61,953 bases of DNA, from the NCBI GenBank assembly GCA_964554715.1, contig CAZKPU010000002.1:1-61953 (forward strand), given 5' to 3'. Below the pieces are notes generated by a model. That model saw only the letters and a list, made by a program, of their open reading frames with translations, searched no databases and was not told the origin of the DNA. The DNA is from an uncultured Thermotogae bacterium (GTDB lineage Bacteria > Bipolaricaulota > Bipolaricaulia > UBA7950 > UBA9294). The position numbers were made by a program, and so were the translations under genes. Shown here one piece after another: positions 19,692-30,470 of this stretch; the stretch's first letter is position 1; the number at the start of each line of letters is the position of its first letter.

Positions 19692-20153
19692 ATGATGCAG
19701 TTACCCGGTCGCGATGTTCGCCCCGACATTCAGTACAACAGCAAGCTGATCGGCAAGCTCACGAATTACGTGATGTGCGACGGTAAGAAGGCTGCGGCGG
19801 AAAGAATCGTCTGCGATGCGATGGCACAGATCGCAGAGCGTGCCGAGGATCCGGCACTGGATACGTTCAGCACGGCCATCACCAATTGCTCGCCTCGGCT
19901 TGAGGTGCGCACTCGACGTGTGGGTGGTGCCAACTATCAAGTTCCTTATGAAGTGCCCGCCGATCGACAGATCGCGTTGGCGCTTCGATGGATCGTCAAG
20001 GCCGCCCGTGATCGCGGCGAGACGACCATGGCCGCGCGGCTGGCCAACGAGATCCTGGATGCTGCCCGAAAAGAGGGCAAGGCGTTCAACAAGCGTCTCG
20101 ATGTCCACCGTATGGCAGAAGCAAACCGCGCATTCGCGCATTATCGCTGGTAG
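19692..20153 (+). CDS. rpsG: 30S ribosomal protein S7
   Basis: RRVGGANYQVP, MAEANRAFAHYRW. Confidence 0.98.
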   Translation: MMQLPGRDVRPDIQYNSKLIGKLTNYVMCDGKKAAAERIVCDAMAQIAERAEDPALDTFSTAITNCSPRLEVRTRRVGGANYQVPYEVPADRQIALALRWIVKAARDRGETTMAARLANEILDAARKEGKAFNKRLDVHRMAEANRAFAHYRW

Positions 20154-20192
20154 TCCTGTCGCGTTGTCTTCCCGGAGTTATTCGAGGTAGCC

Positions 20193-22274
20193 ATGTCCGA
20201 GTCCGATGCCCGTTCGATTGCCGTAGGCAAGATTCGGAACATCGGCATCATGGCCCACATCGACGCCGGGAAGACGACGACGACGGAACGCATCTTGTTC
20301 TATTCGGGGCGTACCCATCGGATGGGCGAAGTCCACGAAGGCGACACCGAAATGGACTGGATGCTTCAGGAGCGCGAGCGAGGGATCACGATCACCTCGG
20401 CTGCGACGACCTGCCCGTGGCGGGATTGTCGCATCAACATCATCGATACGCCGGGGCACGTGGATTTCACCGCGGAAGTCGAGCGGTCTCTTCGGGTCTT
20501 GGACGGAGGCGTTGTCGTCTTCTCGGGCGTGGAGATGGTCGAGTCGCAATCCGAGACGGTATGGCGGCAAGCCGATCGGTACAGCGTGCCGCGAATCGCG
20601 TTCGTCAACAAACTGGACAGGGTTGAGGCCAGCTTCGAAGAGACGCTGGAGATGATCGAGAACCGCCTTGGTGTGACCGCCGTGGCTCTCCAGCTACCGG
20701 TTCGCGACGAGGATCGTCATCTTATCGGGATGATCGATCTGTTCCGCCGCGAGCTTGTCGTCTGGAACCGCGAGGATCAAGGCGCCACGTTCACCACGCA
20801 GCCCGTCCCCGAAGCCCTACGAGAGATGGTCGAGTTCTACCGGGAACGATCGATCGAGACGATTGCGGAGTACGACGAGAGCGTGATGGAGGCGTATCTC
20901 GGAGGATTCGAAGTCAGCGAAGACGCGTTTCATAAGGGGTTGCGCACGGCATGCATCGGCCACTCCGTCGTGCCGGTCCTTGGAGGGTCATCGTTCCAGA
21001 ACATCGGAATTCAACCGCTTCTTGACGCGGTCGTGCGGTACCTTCCATCCCCGGTTGATGTCCCCCCGGTTGCGGCCGTTGATGGATCCGAAGTGCGTGA
21101 GGCGTGCACAGATGAGCCGTTCTCCGCGCTGGCGTTCAAGGTCATTAGCGATCGCTATGCAGGGCGGCTCGTGTTCATCCGAATCTACTCCGGACAGCTC
21201 AAGGCGGGCGGGCATGCGTTCAATGCGTCGACGGGGAAAGGTCTGCGGGTGACGAAGCTGTTCCGGATGCACGCCAACGATCGAACGGCGCTCGAGTCTG
21301 TCGGCGCTGGAGAGATCGTTGCCATCGTCGGTTCGCAAGATGTCTCGACCGGCGACACGCTGTGCGACAAGGTGCATCCGATCCTGTTGGAGAAGATCGA
21401 GTTTCCCGACCCGGTTGTCTTCACAGCCGTCGAGCCACGGACTGAGGCGGAGCTTGGCGACCTCACAGAGGCGTTGGAGAAGCTGCGCACGGAAGATCCG
21501 ACGTTCCACGTTCGATTCGATGAAACCACCAACCAGACAGTCGTGGCCGGCATGGGAGAGCTTCATCTCGAAGTCCTGCTTCGACGTCTGCGTGACGAGT
21601 TCGGCGTTGTCGTCCATGTAGGAAAGCCTCAAGTGGCGTATCGTGAGACGCTGCGGGAGCCGATCATCGTGAAAGAGACGTTCGACCGACCCGCAGGCGG
21701 GCGTGGGCAGTTTGCCAACGTCGAGATCCGCCTTGAGCCGCTCCCGCGGGGAAGCGGCATCGGGTTCGGCTGTGAGGCGTCCCCTGAGCAGGTGCCGAAA
21801 GGTTTCCGGGCTGCGGTTGAAGAAGGAGTGCGCCAAACGTTGACAAACGGCCCCCTTGCTGGGTATCCTCTGGCCGATGTCGGAGCCACGCTGATAGGTG
21901 GTTCTTTTCATCCTGTTGATTCGACGGAACTTGCTTTCCGTGCAGCCGCCGCGGTTGCAATCCATACGGCGTATGATAGGGGCCATTTCGACCTTCTGGA
22001 GCCGATCATGGAAGGTGAAGTGATCTCTCCGTCAGAGTATTTGGGTGAAGTCATGGAGGACCTGGCACGGCGTCGTGGAGAAATACGCGAGCTGAAGTCG
22101 CGGGAAACCGTGCAAATGATCAGGGTTGCCGTGCCACTCGCCGAGACGTTCGGCTACGCTACGCGGCTGCGTTCACTAACGCAGGGGCGGGCGACATATT
22201 CTCTTCGGGTCACCGGTTATGAAGTGGTACCGGAAGGGAAAAGGGAAGCGATCATCAAGAGTAGAGGTTACTAG
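20193..22274 (+). CDS. fusA: elongation factor G
   Basis: AHIDAGKTT, RGITI, DTPGHVDF, GMGELHLE, LLEPIM. Confidence 0.98.
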   Translation: MSESDARSIAVGKIRNIGIMAHIDAGKTTTTERILFYSGRTHRMGEVHEGDTEMDWMLQERERGITITSAATTCPWRDCRINIIDTPGHVDFTAEVERSLRVLDGGVVVFSGVEMVESQSETVWRQADRYSVPRIAFVNKLDRVEASFEETLEMIENRLGVTAVALQLPVRDEDRHLIGMIDLFRRELVVWNREDQGATFTTQPVPEALREMVEFYRERSIETIAEYDESVMEAYLGGFEVSEDAFHKGLRTACIGHSVVPVLGGSSFQNIGIQPLLDAVVRYLPSPVDVPPVAAVDGSEVREACTDEPFSALAFKVISDRYAGRLVFIRIYSGQLKAGGHAFNASTGKGLRVTKLFRMHANDRTALESVGAGEIVAIVGSQDVSTGDTLCDKVHPILLEKIEFPDPVVFTAVEPRTEAELGDLTEALEKLRTEDPTFHVRFDETTNQTVVAGMGELHLEVLLRRLRDEFGVVVHVGKPQVAYRETLREPIIVKETFDRPAGGRGQFANVEIRLEPLPRGSGIGFGCEASPEQVPKGFRAAVEEGVRQTLTNGPLAGYPLADVGATLIGGSFHPVDSTELAFRAAAAVAIHTAYDRGHFDLLEPIMEGEVISPSEYLGEVMEDLARRRGEIRELKSRETVQMIRVAVPLAETFGYATRLRSLTQGRATYSLRVTGYEVVPEGKREAIIKSRGY

Positions 22275-22276
22275 CC

Positions 22277-22585
22277 ATGGCCAGAGAGAAGATACGGATC
22301 AAGTTGCGAGGTTACGATCACGAACTCGTCGAGACTTCGACGAAGAAGATCGTGGATTCGGCGAAGGAAACCCGGGCCAAGATCGCGGGCCCTATCCCGC
22401 TTCCGACGGAACGACGGGTCTACGCAGTCCTTCGCTCCCCGCACATTGACAAGCGCTCGATGGAGCATTTCGAGCGGCGGATACACACGCGGTTGCTCGA
22501 TATCAAGGAACCCACTTCGGAAACGATCAACGCTTTGATGGACATCGAGCTTCCGACGGGGATCGATATCGAGATTAAGTTGTAA
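22277..22585 (+). CDS. rpsJ: 30S ribosomal protein S10
   Basis: KIRIKLRGYDH, GPIPLPT, RSPHIDK. Confidence 0.98.
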   Translation: MAREKIRIKLRGYDHELVETSTKKIVDSAKETRAKIAGPIPLPTERRVYAVLRSPHIDKRSMEHFERRIHTRLLDIKEPTSETINALMDIELPTGIDIEIKL

Positions 22586-22600
22586 CGGAGGTCGGGACGG

Positions 22601-23224
22601 ATGGCTCTTGAAATCCTTGCGCGCAAGATCGGGATGACCCAAGTCTTTGTCGATGATCGCGCAGTCGGGGCAACGGTCATAGAAGCCGAACCGTGCCGCG
22701 TCGTGCAGATCAAAACCGAAGATACGGATGGCTACAACGCGGTGCAGATCGGCTATGACGAGCTGCCGGACCGCAAGACGAACCGTCCGATGAAGGGGCA
22801 TTTCGACAAGGCCGGTGTTCCGGCGTTTCGTCATCTCTTCGAGGTTCGTGTTTCGGATCCTTCGGAATTCAGCATCGGTGATTCGGTCGGCGTGAGCATC
22901 TTCACCGAAGGACAGAAGATCGATGTTACGTCACGCTCGCGAGGGTTGGGTTTCCAGGGGGTCGTGAAACGCTGGGATTTCGCCGGCGGGCCTGCGTCCC
23001 ATGGATCGCATTTCCATCGTCGGCCCGGATCCGTAGGTAACTGTGTCGAACCCGGGCGTGTCATCAAGGGAAAGAAGCTCCCTGGGCACATGGGCGCGCG
23101 GCGAGTGACCGTGCGTGGCTTGGAGGTCCTTCGCGTCGATGAAGAACGAAACCTTCTTGTTCTGAAAGGATCAACTCCTGGCCCCCGTGGCTCGGTGGTA
23201 AGACTGCGAGGTCGCCATGGTTGA
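22601..23224 (+). CDS. rplC: 50S ribosomal protein L3
   Basis: KIGMTQVF, GFQGVVKRW, KKLPGHMG. Confidence 0.98.
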   Translation: MALEILARKIGMTQVFVDDRAVGATVIEAEPCRVVQIKTEDTDGYNAVQIGYDELPDRKTNRPMKGHFDKAGVPAFRHLFEVRVSDPSEFSIGDSVGVSIFTEGQKIDVTSRSRGLGFQGVVKRWDFAGGPASHGSHFHRRPGSVGNCVEPGRVIKGKKLPGHMGARRVTVRGLEVLRVDEERNLLVLKGSTPGPRGSVVRLRGRHG

Positions 23225-23846
23225 GGCGAAGCTTTGGATGCATGACGGAAGCGGCGAACCCCAGGGAATCGCGCTCGATGAAACGCTGTTTGGCGGCGAG
23301 GTCAACAAGGACCTTCTCTATCGAACGGTCCGCATGCAGATGATGAACCGGCGCCAAGGGACGAGTTCGACGAAAACCCGAGGAGAAGTCCGCGGCGGAG
23401 GTCGGAAGCCGTGGCGCCAGAAGGGAACGGGCCGAGCGCGAGCGGGATCGCGACGTTCTCCGATATGGGTTGGTGGTGGTACGGTCTTTGGCCCAAAACC
23501 CAAGACCTATCACGTGAAGCTGACGAAGAAGATGAAGCGAGGTGCCCTGCTCTCGGCGCTTGCCGATCGGGCATCGATGGATCGCGTGATCGTTCTGGAC
23601 CGGCTTGCTTGGGAAGCGCCCAAGACCAAACAGGCGGTTGCCCTGTTGGAGCGGGTGGGAATCGATTCGACGACGCTTGTTGTGGTCGGAACTTCCGAAT
23701 GGACATGGGCCGTCAAGAAGTCGTTCTCGAACCTTCCGGGCGTGAAGTGCCTCGGATGTCGCGGGATCAATGTATACGATGTCCTGCGCCATGACGCGTT
23801 GATCATGACCCAAGCGGCGCTTGATGAATTGAAGGAGAGGTTCTGA
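23217..23846 (+). CDS. rplD: 50S ribosomal protein L4
   Basis: KPWRQKGTGRARAGS. Confidence 0.98.
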   Translation: MVEAKLWMHDGSGEPQGIALDETLFGGEVNKDLLYRTVRMQMMNRRQGTSSTKTRGEVRGGGRKPWRQKGTGRARAGSRRSPIWVGGGTVFGPKPKTYHVKLTKKMKRGALLSALADRASMDRVIVLDRLAWEAPKTKQAVALLERVGIDSTTLVVVGTSEWTWAVKKSFSNLPGVKCLGCRGINVYDVLRHDALIMTQAALDELKERF

Positions 23847-23848
23847 TC

Positions 23849-24148
23849 ATGGCGAAGCTCACCCATGCCGAAGACGTCATCCTTGAGCCGATCCTGACGG
23901 AAGAAACGTGGGGCAAGATGGAGGATCGCAAGTACTCCTTCCGTGTTGCCTTGGGAACGAACAAGATTCAGATCAAGAAGGCCGTGGAAGAGCTCTTCGA
24001 CGTGAAGGTCGAAAAAGTCTGGACGGCGAATATGAAAGGGAAGCCACGGCGCGAGCGGCTCAATCAGCTGCATGGACGCACGTCGCGCTGGCGGAAGGCG
24101 ATTGTTCGTGTCGCTCCGGGCGACCGTATTGACATCGTGGGAGGCTAG
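23849..24148 (+). CDS. rplW: 50S ribosomal protein L23
   Basis: NKIQIKKAVEELFDVKV, WRKAIV. Confidence 0.96.
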   Translation: MAKLTHAEDVILEPILTEETWGKMEDRKYSFRVALGTNKIQIKKAVEELFDVKVEKVWTANMKGKPRRERLNQLHGRTSRWRKAIVRVAPGDRIDIVGG

Positions 24149-24151
24149 GCC

Positions 24152-24988
24152 GTGCCTACAAGAAGGTATACACCGACATCGCCGGGACGCCGGCATGCTG
24201 ATCTGCCCGACTATTCGGGGCTGAGCAAAGTCGCTCCTGAGAAGAGTCTGCTTGAGGCGATCAGCAAGACGGGAGGGCGTAATCAGCAGGGAAGGATTAC
24301 GTCGAGGTTTCGCGGTGGAGGACACAAGCGACGGTATCGCGTGATCGATTTCGCGCGCGACAAGGTTGGGATCCCGGCGCGTGTCGTGACCCGTGAGTAC
24401 GATCCGAACCGCTCCGCCTGGATTACGTTGCTTCACTACGTGGACGGCGAGAAGCGGTACATCCTCGCACCGATGGCTTTGGAGATCGGTTCCACGGTCG
24501 AGGCAGGAGATACGGCGGAGATCCGAGTTGGGAACAGCATGTCGCTTGAACGTATCCCCGTGGGCGCGGTGGTTCACAACCTCGAGTTTCGCCCCGGAAG
24601 CGGAGGGAAGATTGCAAGATCTGCCGGCACGTCAGCGAAGCTGATCGGTCGCGAAGGCGGTCGCGCCCATATCCGGATGCCTTCGGGAGAAGTGCGGATC
24701 TTCAACACCGCGTGTACGGCAACGATCGGAGAGGTTTCGAATCCCGATCATAAGAATGTGAAGCACGGAAAAGCTGGTCGTGTACGGCACTTAGGCCGCA
24801 AGCCCCACGTACGTGGTGTGGCGATGAACCCGGTGGACCACCCACATGGCGGTGGAGAAGGACGTGCGCGGGTCGGGCGTCCGCAGGTATCTCCTACGGG
24901 TAAGTTGGCCAAGGGCGGTCGTACGCGGAAGAAGCGAAAGGCAAGCAGTGCGCTGATCGTGCGTCGTGCCGGTAAGGGACGACGGTAA
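24152..24988 (+). CDS. rplB: 50S ribosomal protein L2
   Basis: [25 protein letters not shown]. Confidence 0.99.
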   Translation: MPTRRYTPTSPGRRHADLPDYSGLSKVAPEKSLLEAISKTGGRNQQGRITSRFRGGGHKRRYRVIDFARDKVGIPARVVTREYDPNRSAWITLLHYVDGEKRYILAPMALEIGSTVEAGDTAEIRVGNSMSLERIPVGAVVHNLEFRPGSGGKIARSAGTSAKLIGREGGRAHIRMPSGEVRIFNTACTATIGEVSNPDHKNVKHGKAGRVRHLGRKPHVRGVAMNPVDHPHGGGEGRARVGRPQVSPTGKLAKGGRTRKKRKASSALIVRRAGKGRR

Positions 24989-25002
24989 GGCAAGGAGGCG
25001 CG

Positions 25003-25287
25003 ATGCCGAGGTCGACAAGAAAAGGACCGTACATCAAGGACAGTCTCCTTATAAAGGTCGCACGAGCCAAGCGCGGCGAGCTGAAGGAGATCAAGACCTG
25101 GTCGCGGTCTTCGATGATTACACCGGAGATGGTTGGGCTGACGATCGGGGTGCATAACGGGAAGGTTTTCGTTCCCGTGCCGGTTGTCGAGAACATGGTT
25201 GGGCACAAGCTAGGCGAGTTCGCGCCGACGCGCTCGTTCCGCTCGCATGGCGGAATGAAGAAGAAGCGCGCTCCCGGCCTGACGTAG
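25003..25287 (+). CDS. rpsS: 30S ribosomal protein S19
   Basis: [20 protein letters not shown]. Confidence 0.98.
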   Translation: MPRSTRKGPYIKDSLLIKVARAKRGELKEIKTWSRSSMITPEMVGLTIGVHNGKVFVPVPVVENMVGHKLGEFAPTRSFRSHGGMKKKRAPGLT

Positions 25288-25297
25288 GAGACGAAAG

Positions 25298-25636
25298 ATG
25301 GAAGCACGAGCCGTTTCAAAACATGTTCGAGTGTCTCCGCGTAAGGCTCGAATGATCATTGACACCATTCGTGGGAAGGATGTAGGATCTGCGCTTCAGG
25401 TCATCGCCATGTCGATGGGGAAAGCCGCACGTCCGATCCGGAAGACGCTGGAGTCTGCAGTCGCCAATGCGGAGAACAACTATGAGGTGGACGTCGATCG
25501 TCTGTTTGTGAAGACGGCGACGGTTGACATGGGAAGATCGTACCGGCGGCTGAAGCCTCGAGCGATGGGGCGTGCCGACATCATTCGACGTCCGACCAGC
25601 CACATCACCATCGTAGTCGCGGAGAGGGAAGAATAA
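25298..25636 (+). CDS. rplV: 50S ribosomal protein L22
   Basis: SPRKAR, PRAMGRA, TSHITIVV. Confidence 0.98.
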   Translation: MEARAVSKHVRVSPRKARMIIDTIRGKDVGSALQVIAMSMGKAARPIRKTLESAVANAENNYEVDVDRLFVKTATVDMGRSYRRLKPRAMGRADIIRRPTSHITIVVAEREE

Positions 25637-26289
25637 TGGGACAGAAGATCCATCCGATCGGATTCCGAGTTGGCGTGATGCGAAAGTGGGAGTCGAACTG
25701 GTTCAACGCCAAGCTTGCGCCGGTGTATATCGCTGAAGACAAGAGGATTCGAGATCTGGTCCTCGAGAGATACCGTGGCGCGGGTGTCGCCGAAGTCAAC
25801 ATCGAGCGATCGAAAGAAGATCGTGTCTCGATCGTGATCCGATCGGCTCGGCCGGGAATCATTATCGGACGAGGTGGCTCGGAGATCGACCGCTTGCAGA
25901 AGGACCTGAATGCACTGACCGGGAGGGTTGTGAAGGTTTCCATCAAGGAGATCGAACGACCGGACCTTGAGGCATCGCTGGTTGCGCAGGATGTCGCTCG
26001 GCAGATCGAGAATCGATTTGCCCCGCCGCGCGCGATGAAGGAAGTGATGCGACGTGTCATGGGAGCAGGGGCGGAAGGGATCAAGATCAAGGTCAGCGGG
26101 CGGCTGAACGGCGCGGAGATCGCTCGTTCCATCTCGATGATGCAGGGACGAGTTCCGCTGCAGACGATTCGGGCGGACATCGATTACGCGCTGGTTGAAG
26201 CGCATACGAAGTACGGCAACATCGGCGTGAAGGCATGGGTCTTCCGCGGTGAGAAGATGTTCGCTGCGCGAAACGATGAGGTGAAGTAG
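25636..26289 (+). CDS. rpsC: 30S ribosomal protein S3
   Basis: MGQKIHPIGFR, GRLNGAEIAR, PLQTIRADIDY. Confidence 0.98.
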   Translation: MGQKIHPIGFRVGVMRKWESNWFNAKLAPVYIAEDKRIRDLVLERYRGAGVAEVNIERSKEDRVSIVIRSARPGIIIGRGGSEIDRLQKDLNALTGRVVKVSIKEIERPDLEASLVAQDVARQIENRFAPPRAMKEVMRRVMGAGAEGIKIKVSGRLNGAEIARSISMMQGRVPLQTIRADIDYALVEAHTKYGNIGVKAWVFRGEKMFAARNDEVK

Positions 26290-26291
26290 AG

Positions 26292-26723
26292 ATGGCACTT
26301 CTTTTCCCGAAACGCACGAAGTACAGAAAGTCCCATCGAGGACGGATGACGGGCAAGGCGACTCGAGGAAACAAGGTCGAGTTCGGTGAGTTCGGCATTC
26401 AAACGCTGGCTCCGGCATGGGTGACGGGACAACAGATCGAATCGTGTCGAACGACGATCTCTCGTCAGACGCAACGTGATGCCAAGGTTTGGATCCGGGT
26501 GTTCCCGGACAAACCGATCACGAAGCACCCTGCGGAGGCCCGCATGGGCAAGGGAAAGGGCCCCGTGGATCATTGGGTGGCCGTCGTGCGTCCGGGAAGG
26601 ATCCTGTTTGAGATCGCCGGGATCAACGAGGCTCAAGCCAAGCGGGTTCACGAATTGGTGAGTCACAAGCTTCCGTTTCCAACCCGGTTGACAAAGAAGA
26701 ATGTACTGGGAGGGGAAGTGTGA
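26292..26723 (+). CDS. rplP: 50S ribosomal protein L16
   Basis: PKRTKYRKSHRG, RMGKGKG. Confidence 0.98.
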   Translation: MALLFPKRTKYRKSHRGRMTGKATRGNKVEFGEFGIQTLAPAWVTGQQIESCRTTISRQTQRDAKVWIRVFPDKPITKHPAEARMGKGKGPVDHWVAVVRPGRILFEIAGINEAQAKRVHELVSHKLPFPTRLTKKNVLGGEV

Positions 26724-26920
26724 AGGCGCAAGAGCTGAGAGAGCTTTCCCCCGAGGAGCTGACCGCGCAGATCGACGATTTGAAGCGCAAGATGTTCAAT
26801 TTGCGGTTTCAGAAAGCCACGGGCGAGATGGACAATACGGCCGAGCTTCTGAAGACTCGCAAGGACGTGGCACGTGCGCTGACGGTTGCGCGGGAGAAGC
26901 TGCGGGAGGCGGGAGAATGA
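26720..26920 (+). CDS. rpmC: 50S ribosomal protein L29
   Basis: MKAQELRELS, FNLRFQKATG; position in operon. Confidence 0.96.
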   Translation: MKAQELRELSPEELTAQIDDLKRKMFNLRFQKATGEMDNTAELLKTRKDVARALTVAREKLREAGE

Positions 26921-27162
26921 GAAAACAGAAGACCGGACGTGTCATCAGTGATCGGATGTCGAACACGATCGTTGTTCGCGTTGAAGAACGTCGCCTGCAT
27001 CCGTTGTACCGGAAGTACATCAAGCAGCATTTCAAGTTCTATGCTGATGACCCTCAAGAGATGGCAGGGGCGGGCGATCTGGTGCGGATCGAAGAGTGCC
27101 GCCCGATAAGCCGGCTGAAGCGTTGGCGGCTTGTCGAAATCGTGGAAAAAGCGGAGGGATAG
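26917..27162 (+). CDS. rpsQ: 30S ribosomal protein S17
   Basis: [25 protein letters not shown]; start corrected to ATG 26917. Confidence 0.96.
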   Translation: MRKQKTGRVISDRMSNTIVVRVEERRLHPLYRKYIKQHFKFYADDPQEMAGAGDLVRIEECRPISRLKRWRLVEIVEKAEG

Positions 27163-27164
27163 CC

Positions 27165-27533
27165 GTGATTCAGATGCAGACGATGCTCAAAGTGGCGGAC
27201 AATTCGGGCGCAAAGCTCGTCCGCTGCATCAACGTCTTGGGACCGTCGAACCGACGGGTCGGGGAGATCGGGGACATCGTCGTCGGATCTGTCAGGAAGC
27301 GGTTGCCCACCAGCGAGATCGAGAAGGGGCAGATCGTTCGCGGCGTGATTGTCCGGACCCGAAGTTCGTATCGGCGCAAAGACGGCACCTACATTCGGTT
27401 CGACGACAACGCAATCGTCCTGATCAATGCGCAAGATGAACCGATCGGGACACGCGTGTTCGGTCCGGTGGCTCGAGAGCTTCGTGAGAAGAAGATGATG
27501 CGGATCCTCTCGTTGGCCCCAGAGGTTCTGTAG
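27165..27533 (+). CDS. rplN: 50S ribosomal protein L14
   Basis: [27 protein letters not shown]; GTG start. Confidence 0.98.
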   Translation: MIQMQTMLKVADNSGAKLVRCINVLGPSNRRVGEIGDIVVGSVRKRLPTSEIEKGQIVRGVIVRTRSSYRRKDGTYIRFDDNAIVLINAQDEPIGTRVFGPVARELREKKMMRILSLAPEVL

Positions 27534-27542
27534 GAGGAGCGG

Positions 27543-27854
27543 ATGAGAAAGGTGCTCAAAGGAGATCGCGTCAAAGTGATCGCCGGAAACGACCGAGGAA
27601 AGATCGGACGGGTGATGGTCGTTTACCCTGAGCGAGAGCGGATCATCGTTGAGAACGTCAACATGATCACGAAGCACCAGCGCGCGACGCAGAACCTTCG
27701 CGAGCCGGGCATTATCAAGCGAGAGGGAACGATCCATATCTCGAACGTCCTTCCGATTTGCCCGGAGTGTGATACTCCGACGCGGATCTCGTTTACAACC
27801 GTTGAGGGCGTGAAGATGCGCCGCTGTAAGCAGTGCGGGGAAGTGTTCAAGTAG
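27543..27854 (+). CDS. rplX: 50S ribosomal protein L24 (C-terminal CxxC...CxxC)
   Basis: KGDRVKVIAGNDRGK, IHISNV. Confidence 0.97.
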   Translation: MRKVLKGDRVKVIAGNDRGKIGRVMVVYPERERIIVENVNMITKHQRATQNLREPGIIKREGTIHISNVLPICPECDTPTRISFTTVEGVKMRRCKQCGEVFK

Positions 27855-27859
27855 CCATC

Positions 27860-28390
27860 ATGCTCAAAGACACGTTTATAAGAGAGATCGAGCCCGTCCT
27901 GATGAAGGATCTGGGCCTGCAGAATGTGATGGAAGTTCCACGGATCGCCAAGGTCGCCATCAACATGGGGGTCAAAGAGAAGGACAACCCCAAGGTGCTC
28001 GAAGGTGCGGCCAAGAACCTGGCGAAGATCGCGGGGCAGAGGGCGATCGTGACGAAGGCGCACAAGTCGATCTCCGACTTCAAGCTGACGAAGGGAGAGC
28101 CGATCGGGTGTAAAGTGACGCTACGCAGGGATCGCGCGTACGAGTTTCTCTTCAAGCTCTTCAACGTGGTGCTTCCCGGGATCCGGGATTTCCGTGGTCT
28201 TTCGGCGTCGGCGTTCGACGGTCGTGGAAACTACACACTCGGCCTGACGGAGCAACTGACGTTTCCGGAGGTGTCGTACAACGAGGTTGTGACGACCCAG
28301 GGAATGGATATCACGATCGTCACCACGGCACGAGACGATCGCGAGGGTTACGCGCTCTTGAAGGCGCTTGGCCTTCCTTTCAAAGACTAG
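27860..28390 (+). CDS. rplE: 50S ribosomal protein L5
   Basis: [29 protein letters not shown]. Confidence 0.98.
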   Translation: MLKDTFIREIEPVLMKDLGLQNVMEVPRIAKVAINMGVKEKDNPKVLEGAAKNLAKIAGQRAIVTKAHKSISDFKLTKGEPIGCKVTLRRDRAYEFLFKLFNVVLPGIRDFRGLSASAFDGRGNYTLGLTEQLTFPEVSYNEVVTTQGMDITIVTTARDDREGYALLKALGLPFKD

Positions 28391-28400
28391 GGGGACCGAA

Positions 28401-28586
28401 GTGGCAAAGAAGGCGTTGGTCATTAAGAGCCAGCAGAAGCCGAAGTATAGCGCGCGCGCGTACAACCGCTGCAACCTTTGCGGTCGCCCGCATGCATACA
28501 TCAGAGATTTCGGGATTTGCCGGCTGTGTTTCCGGAAGTTGGCCCATCTGGGGCAGATTCCCGGCGTGAAAAAGTCCAGCTGGTAG
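28401..28586 (+). CDS. rpsZ: 30S ribosomal protein S14 type Z (zinc-binding)
   Basis: RCNLCGRPH...[14 protein letters not shown]; GTG start. Confidence 0.97.
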   Translation: MAKKALVIKSQQKPKYSARAYNRCNLCGRPHAYIRDFGICRLCFRKLAHLGQIPGVKKSSW

Positions 28587-28601
28587 GGAGAGGAACAAGC
28601 G

Positions 28602-29006
28602 ATGACCCCTTATCCGATCGGTGATATGTTGACGCGGATTCGGAACGCGAGTGTGAAGTTCCATGACGAGGTTGCGATGCCTCATTCGAAGATCAAAGAG
28701 GCCATCGCTGGGATCCTGAAGGCAGAAGGGTACATCCTCGACTACGAAGTCGTGTCGAAAGAGCCCCAGGCGGAGCTTCGTCTGGTGTTGAAGTACAGAG
28801 GCGAGCGAACTCGTGCGGAGCAGGCGATCCACGAGATCCGTCTGGTTAGCAAGCCGAGTCGTCGCGTGTTTGTCGGGAAAGACAACATCCCTCGCCCGTT
28901 GGGCGGCATGGGGATCTGCATCGTGTCGACATCGCAGGGTGTGATGGTCGGACACGAAGCACGCCAGCGTGGCATCGGCGGCGAGGTGCTGCTGGAAGTG
29001 AAGTGA
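28602..29006 (+). CDS. rpsH: 30S ribosomal protein S8
   Basis: IGDMLTRIRNA, STSQGVM, GGEVL. Confidence 0.98.
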   Translation: MTPYPIGDMLTRIRNASVKFHDEVAMPHSKIKEAIAGILKAEGYILDYEVVSKEPQAELRLVLKYRGERTRAEQAIHEIRLVSKPSRRVFVGKDNIPRPLGGMGICIVSTSQGVMVGHEARQRGIGGEVLLEVK

Positions 29007-29031
29007 GTTCGTGGACCGTAGGTGATCAAGA

Positions 29032-29583
29032 ATGTCCAAGGTTGGTAAAGTTCCGGTAGCGATTCCTGACAGCGTGAAGGTGCGTCTCGAAGGCGCAACG
29101 TTCATCGTGGAAGGGGAGCACGGCCGTCTCGAACAGGCGTTTCGTCCCGACATGGTAGAAATCAGTGTCGCCGACGGCCTCGCGACGGTCACTCGAAGAG
29201 GTGAAACGAAGCAGCACCGCGCCTATCATGGTCTCTATCGGAGCTTGCTGGCCAATATGGTGCACGGGGTCAGCCAGAAGTGGGAAAAGGGGCTCCTGAT
29301 CAAAGGGTTGGGATACAGAGCCCGACTTCAGGGGCAAACGGTGATCCTGGACCTCGGATACTCGAATCCGATGGAGTACGAAATCCCAAGCGGCATCGAA
29401 GTGGAACTGCCGAATCCGAACGAGATCATCGTGCGCGGTGCGGACCGGCAGTTGGTCGGGCACGTGGCTGCAAAGATTCGGGCATTGCGGAAGCCCAACG
29501 TCTACGACGGCAAGGGGATCCGCTACAAGAACGAAGAAGTCATCCAGAAGGCCGGGAAGCTCGGCGGACAGGCCGCAGGCTAG
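29032..29583 (+). CDS. rplF: 50S ribosomal protein L6
   Basis: PNVYDGKGIRY. Confidence 0.98.
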   Translation: MSKVGKVPVAIPDSVKVRLEGATFIVEGEHGRLEQAFRPDMVEISVADGLATVTRRGETKQHRAYHGLYRSLLANMVHGVSQKWEKGLLIKGLGYRARLQGQTVILDLGYSNPMEYEIPSGIEVELPNPNEIIVRGADRQLVGHVAAKIRALRKPNVYDGKGIRYKNEEVIQKAGKLGGQAAG

Positions 29584-29598
29584 GGAGTGTGAGGCGAG

Positions 29599-29961
29599 AT
29601 GGCGAACAGGAGTCGACAACAAGAACGAATCAAGCGACACGTGCGGATTCGGAAGCGTGTTCGCGGAACTGCGGATCGCCCCCGCCTGTGCGTGTACAAG
29701 AGCCTACGACATGTCTACGCTCAGATCGTCGATGACGAGGCGGGTGCGACTCTCGTAACCGCCTCGACCTTGGATCAGGTGCTGATCGAAAAGACGAACG
29801 GAAGCAACCGGAGTTCTGCGGAAGCGGTCGGCGCATTGCTGGCGGAGCGAGCGGCGGAGAAGGGTGTCAAGAGAGTTGTCTTTGATCGCGGCGGTTATCC
29901 GTACCATGGAGTTGTCGCTGCTCTCGCGGATGCTTGCCGCAAGGGAGGGTTGGAGTTTTGA
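29599..29961 (+). CDS. rplR: 50S ribosomal protein L18
   Basis: [25 protein letters not shown]. Confidence 0.98.
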   Translation: MANRSRQQERIKRHVRIRKRVRGTADRPRLCVYKSLRHVYAQIVDDEAGATLVTASTLDQVLIEKTNGSNRSSAEAVGALLAERAAEKGVKRVVFDRGGYPYHGVVAALADACRKGGLEF

Positions 29962-30470
29962 TCCGCACGGACGAGTTTGAGAACGAGATCATCGACATCA
30001 GGCGCGTCAGCAAGGTCACCAAGGGTGGCCGGAATCTGCGTTTTCGTGTCACGATGGTGATCGGCGACCGCAAAGGTCGCGTAGGTGTCGGCGTTGGGAA
30101 CACGGTGGAGATCCCGCGAGCGATTCAACAGGCGATTCGCGATGCGAAGAAGAACATGATCACTGTGAAGATGGACGGGAGCACCGTTCCCCATGAAGTG
30201 GTCGGCCGTTTCAAAGCGGGACGGGTTCTGATCAAGCCCGCGTACCCGGGAACGGGCGTCATTGCCGGAACGACCGTCGGTGCGATTTGCCGTCTTGCCG
30301 GCTTGGGCGATGTGCTGACGAAGTCGATCGGTACGACGAACCCGCTTACGTTGTCGCGGGCGGCGATCTGTGGTCTGGCTTCGATGAGAAGCAAGAACGA
30401 GATTGCGGAGCTGCGTGGCGCGGGGAAGAAGGCGGAAACGCCGGTGGAGGAGGGTGCAGATGAGGCTTGA
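29958..30470 (+). CDS. rpsE: 30S ribosomal protein S5
   Basis: [21 protein letters not shown]; TTG start overlapping the rplR stop. Confidence 0.98.
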   Translation: MIRTDEFENEIIDIRRVSKVTKGGRNLRFRVTMVIGDRKGRVGVGVGNTVEIPRAIQQAIRDAKKNMITVKMDGSTVPHEVVGRFKAGRVLIKPAYPGTGVIAGTTVGAICRLAGLGDVLTKSIGTTNPLTLSRAAICGLASMRSKNEIAELRGAGKKAETPVEEGADEA

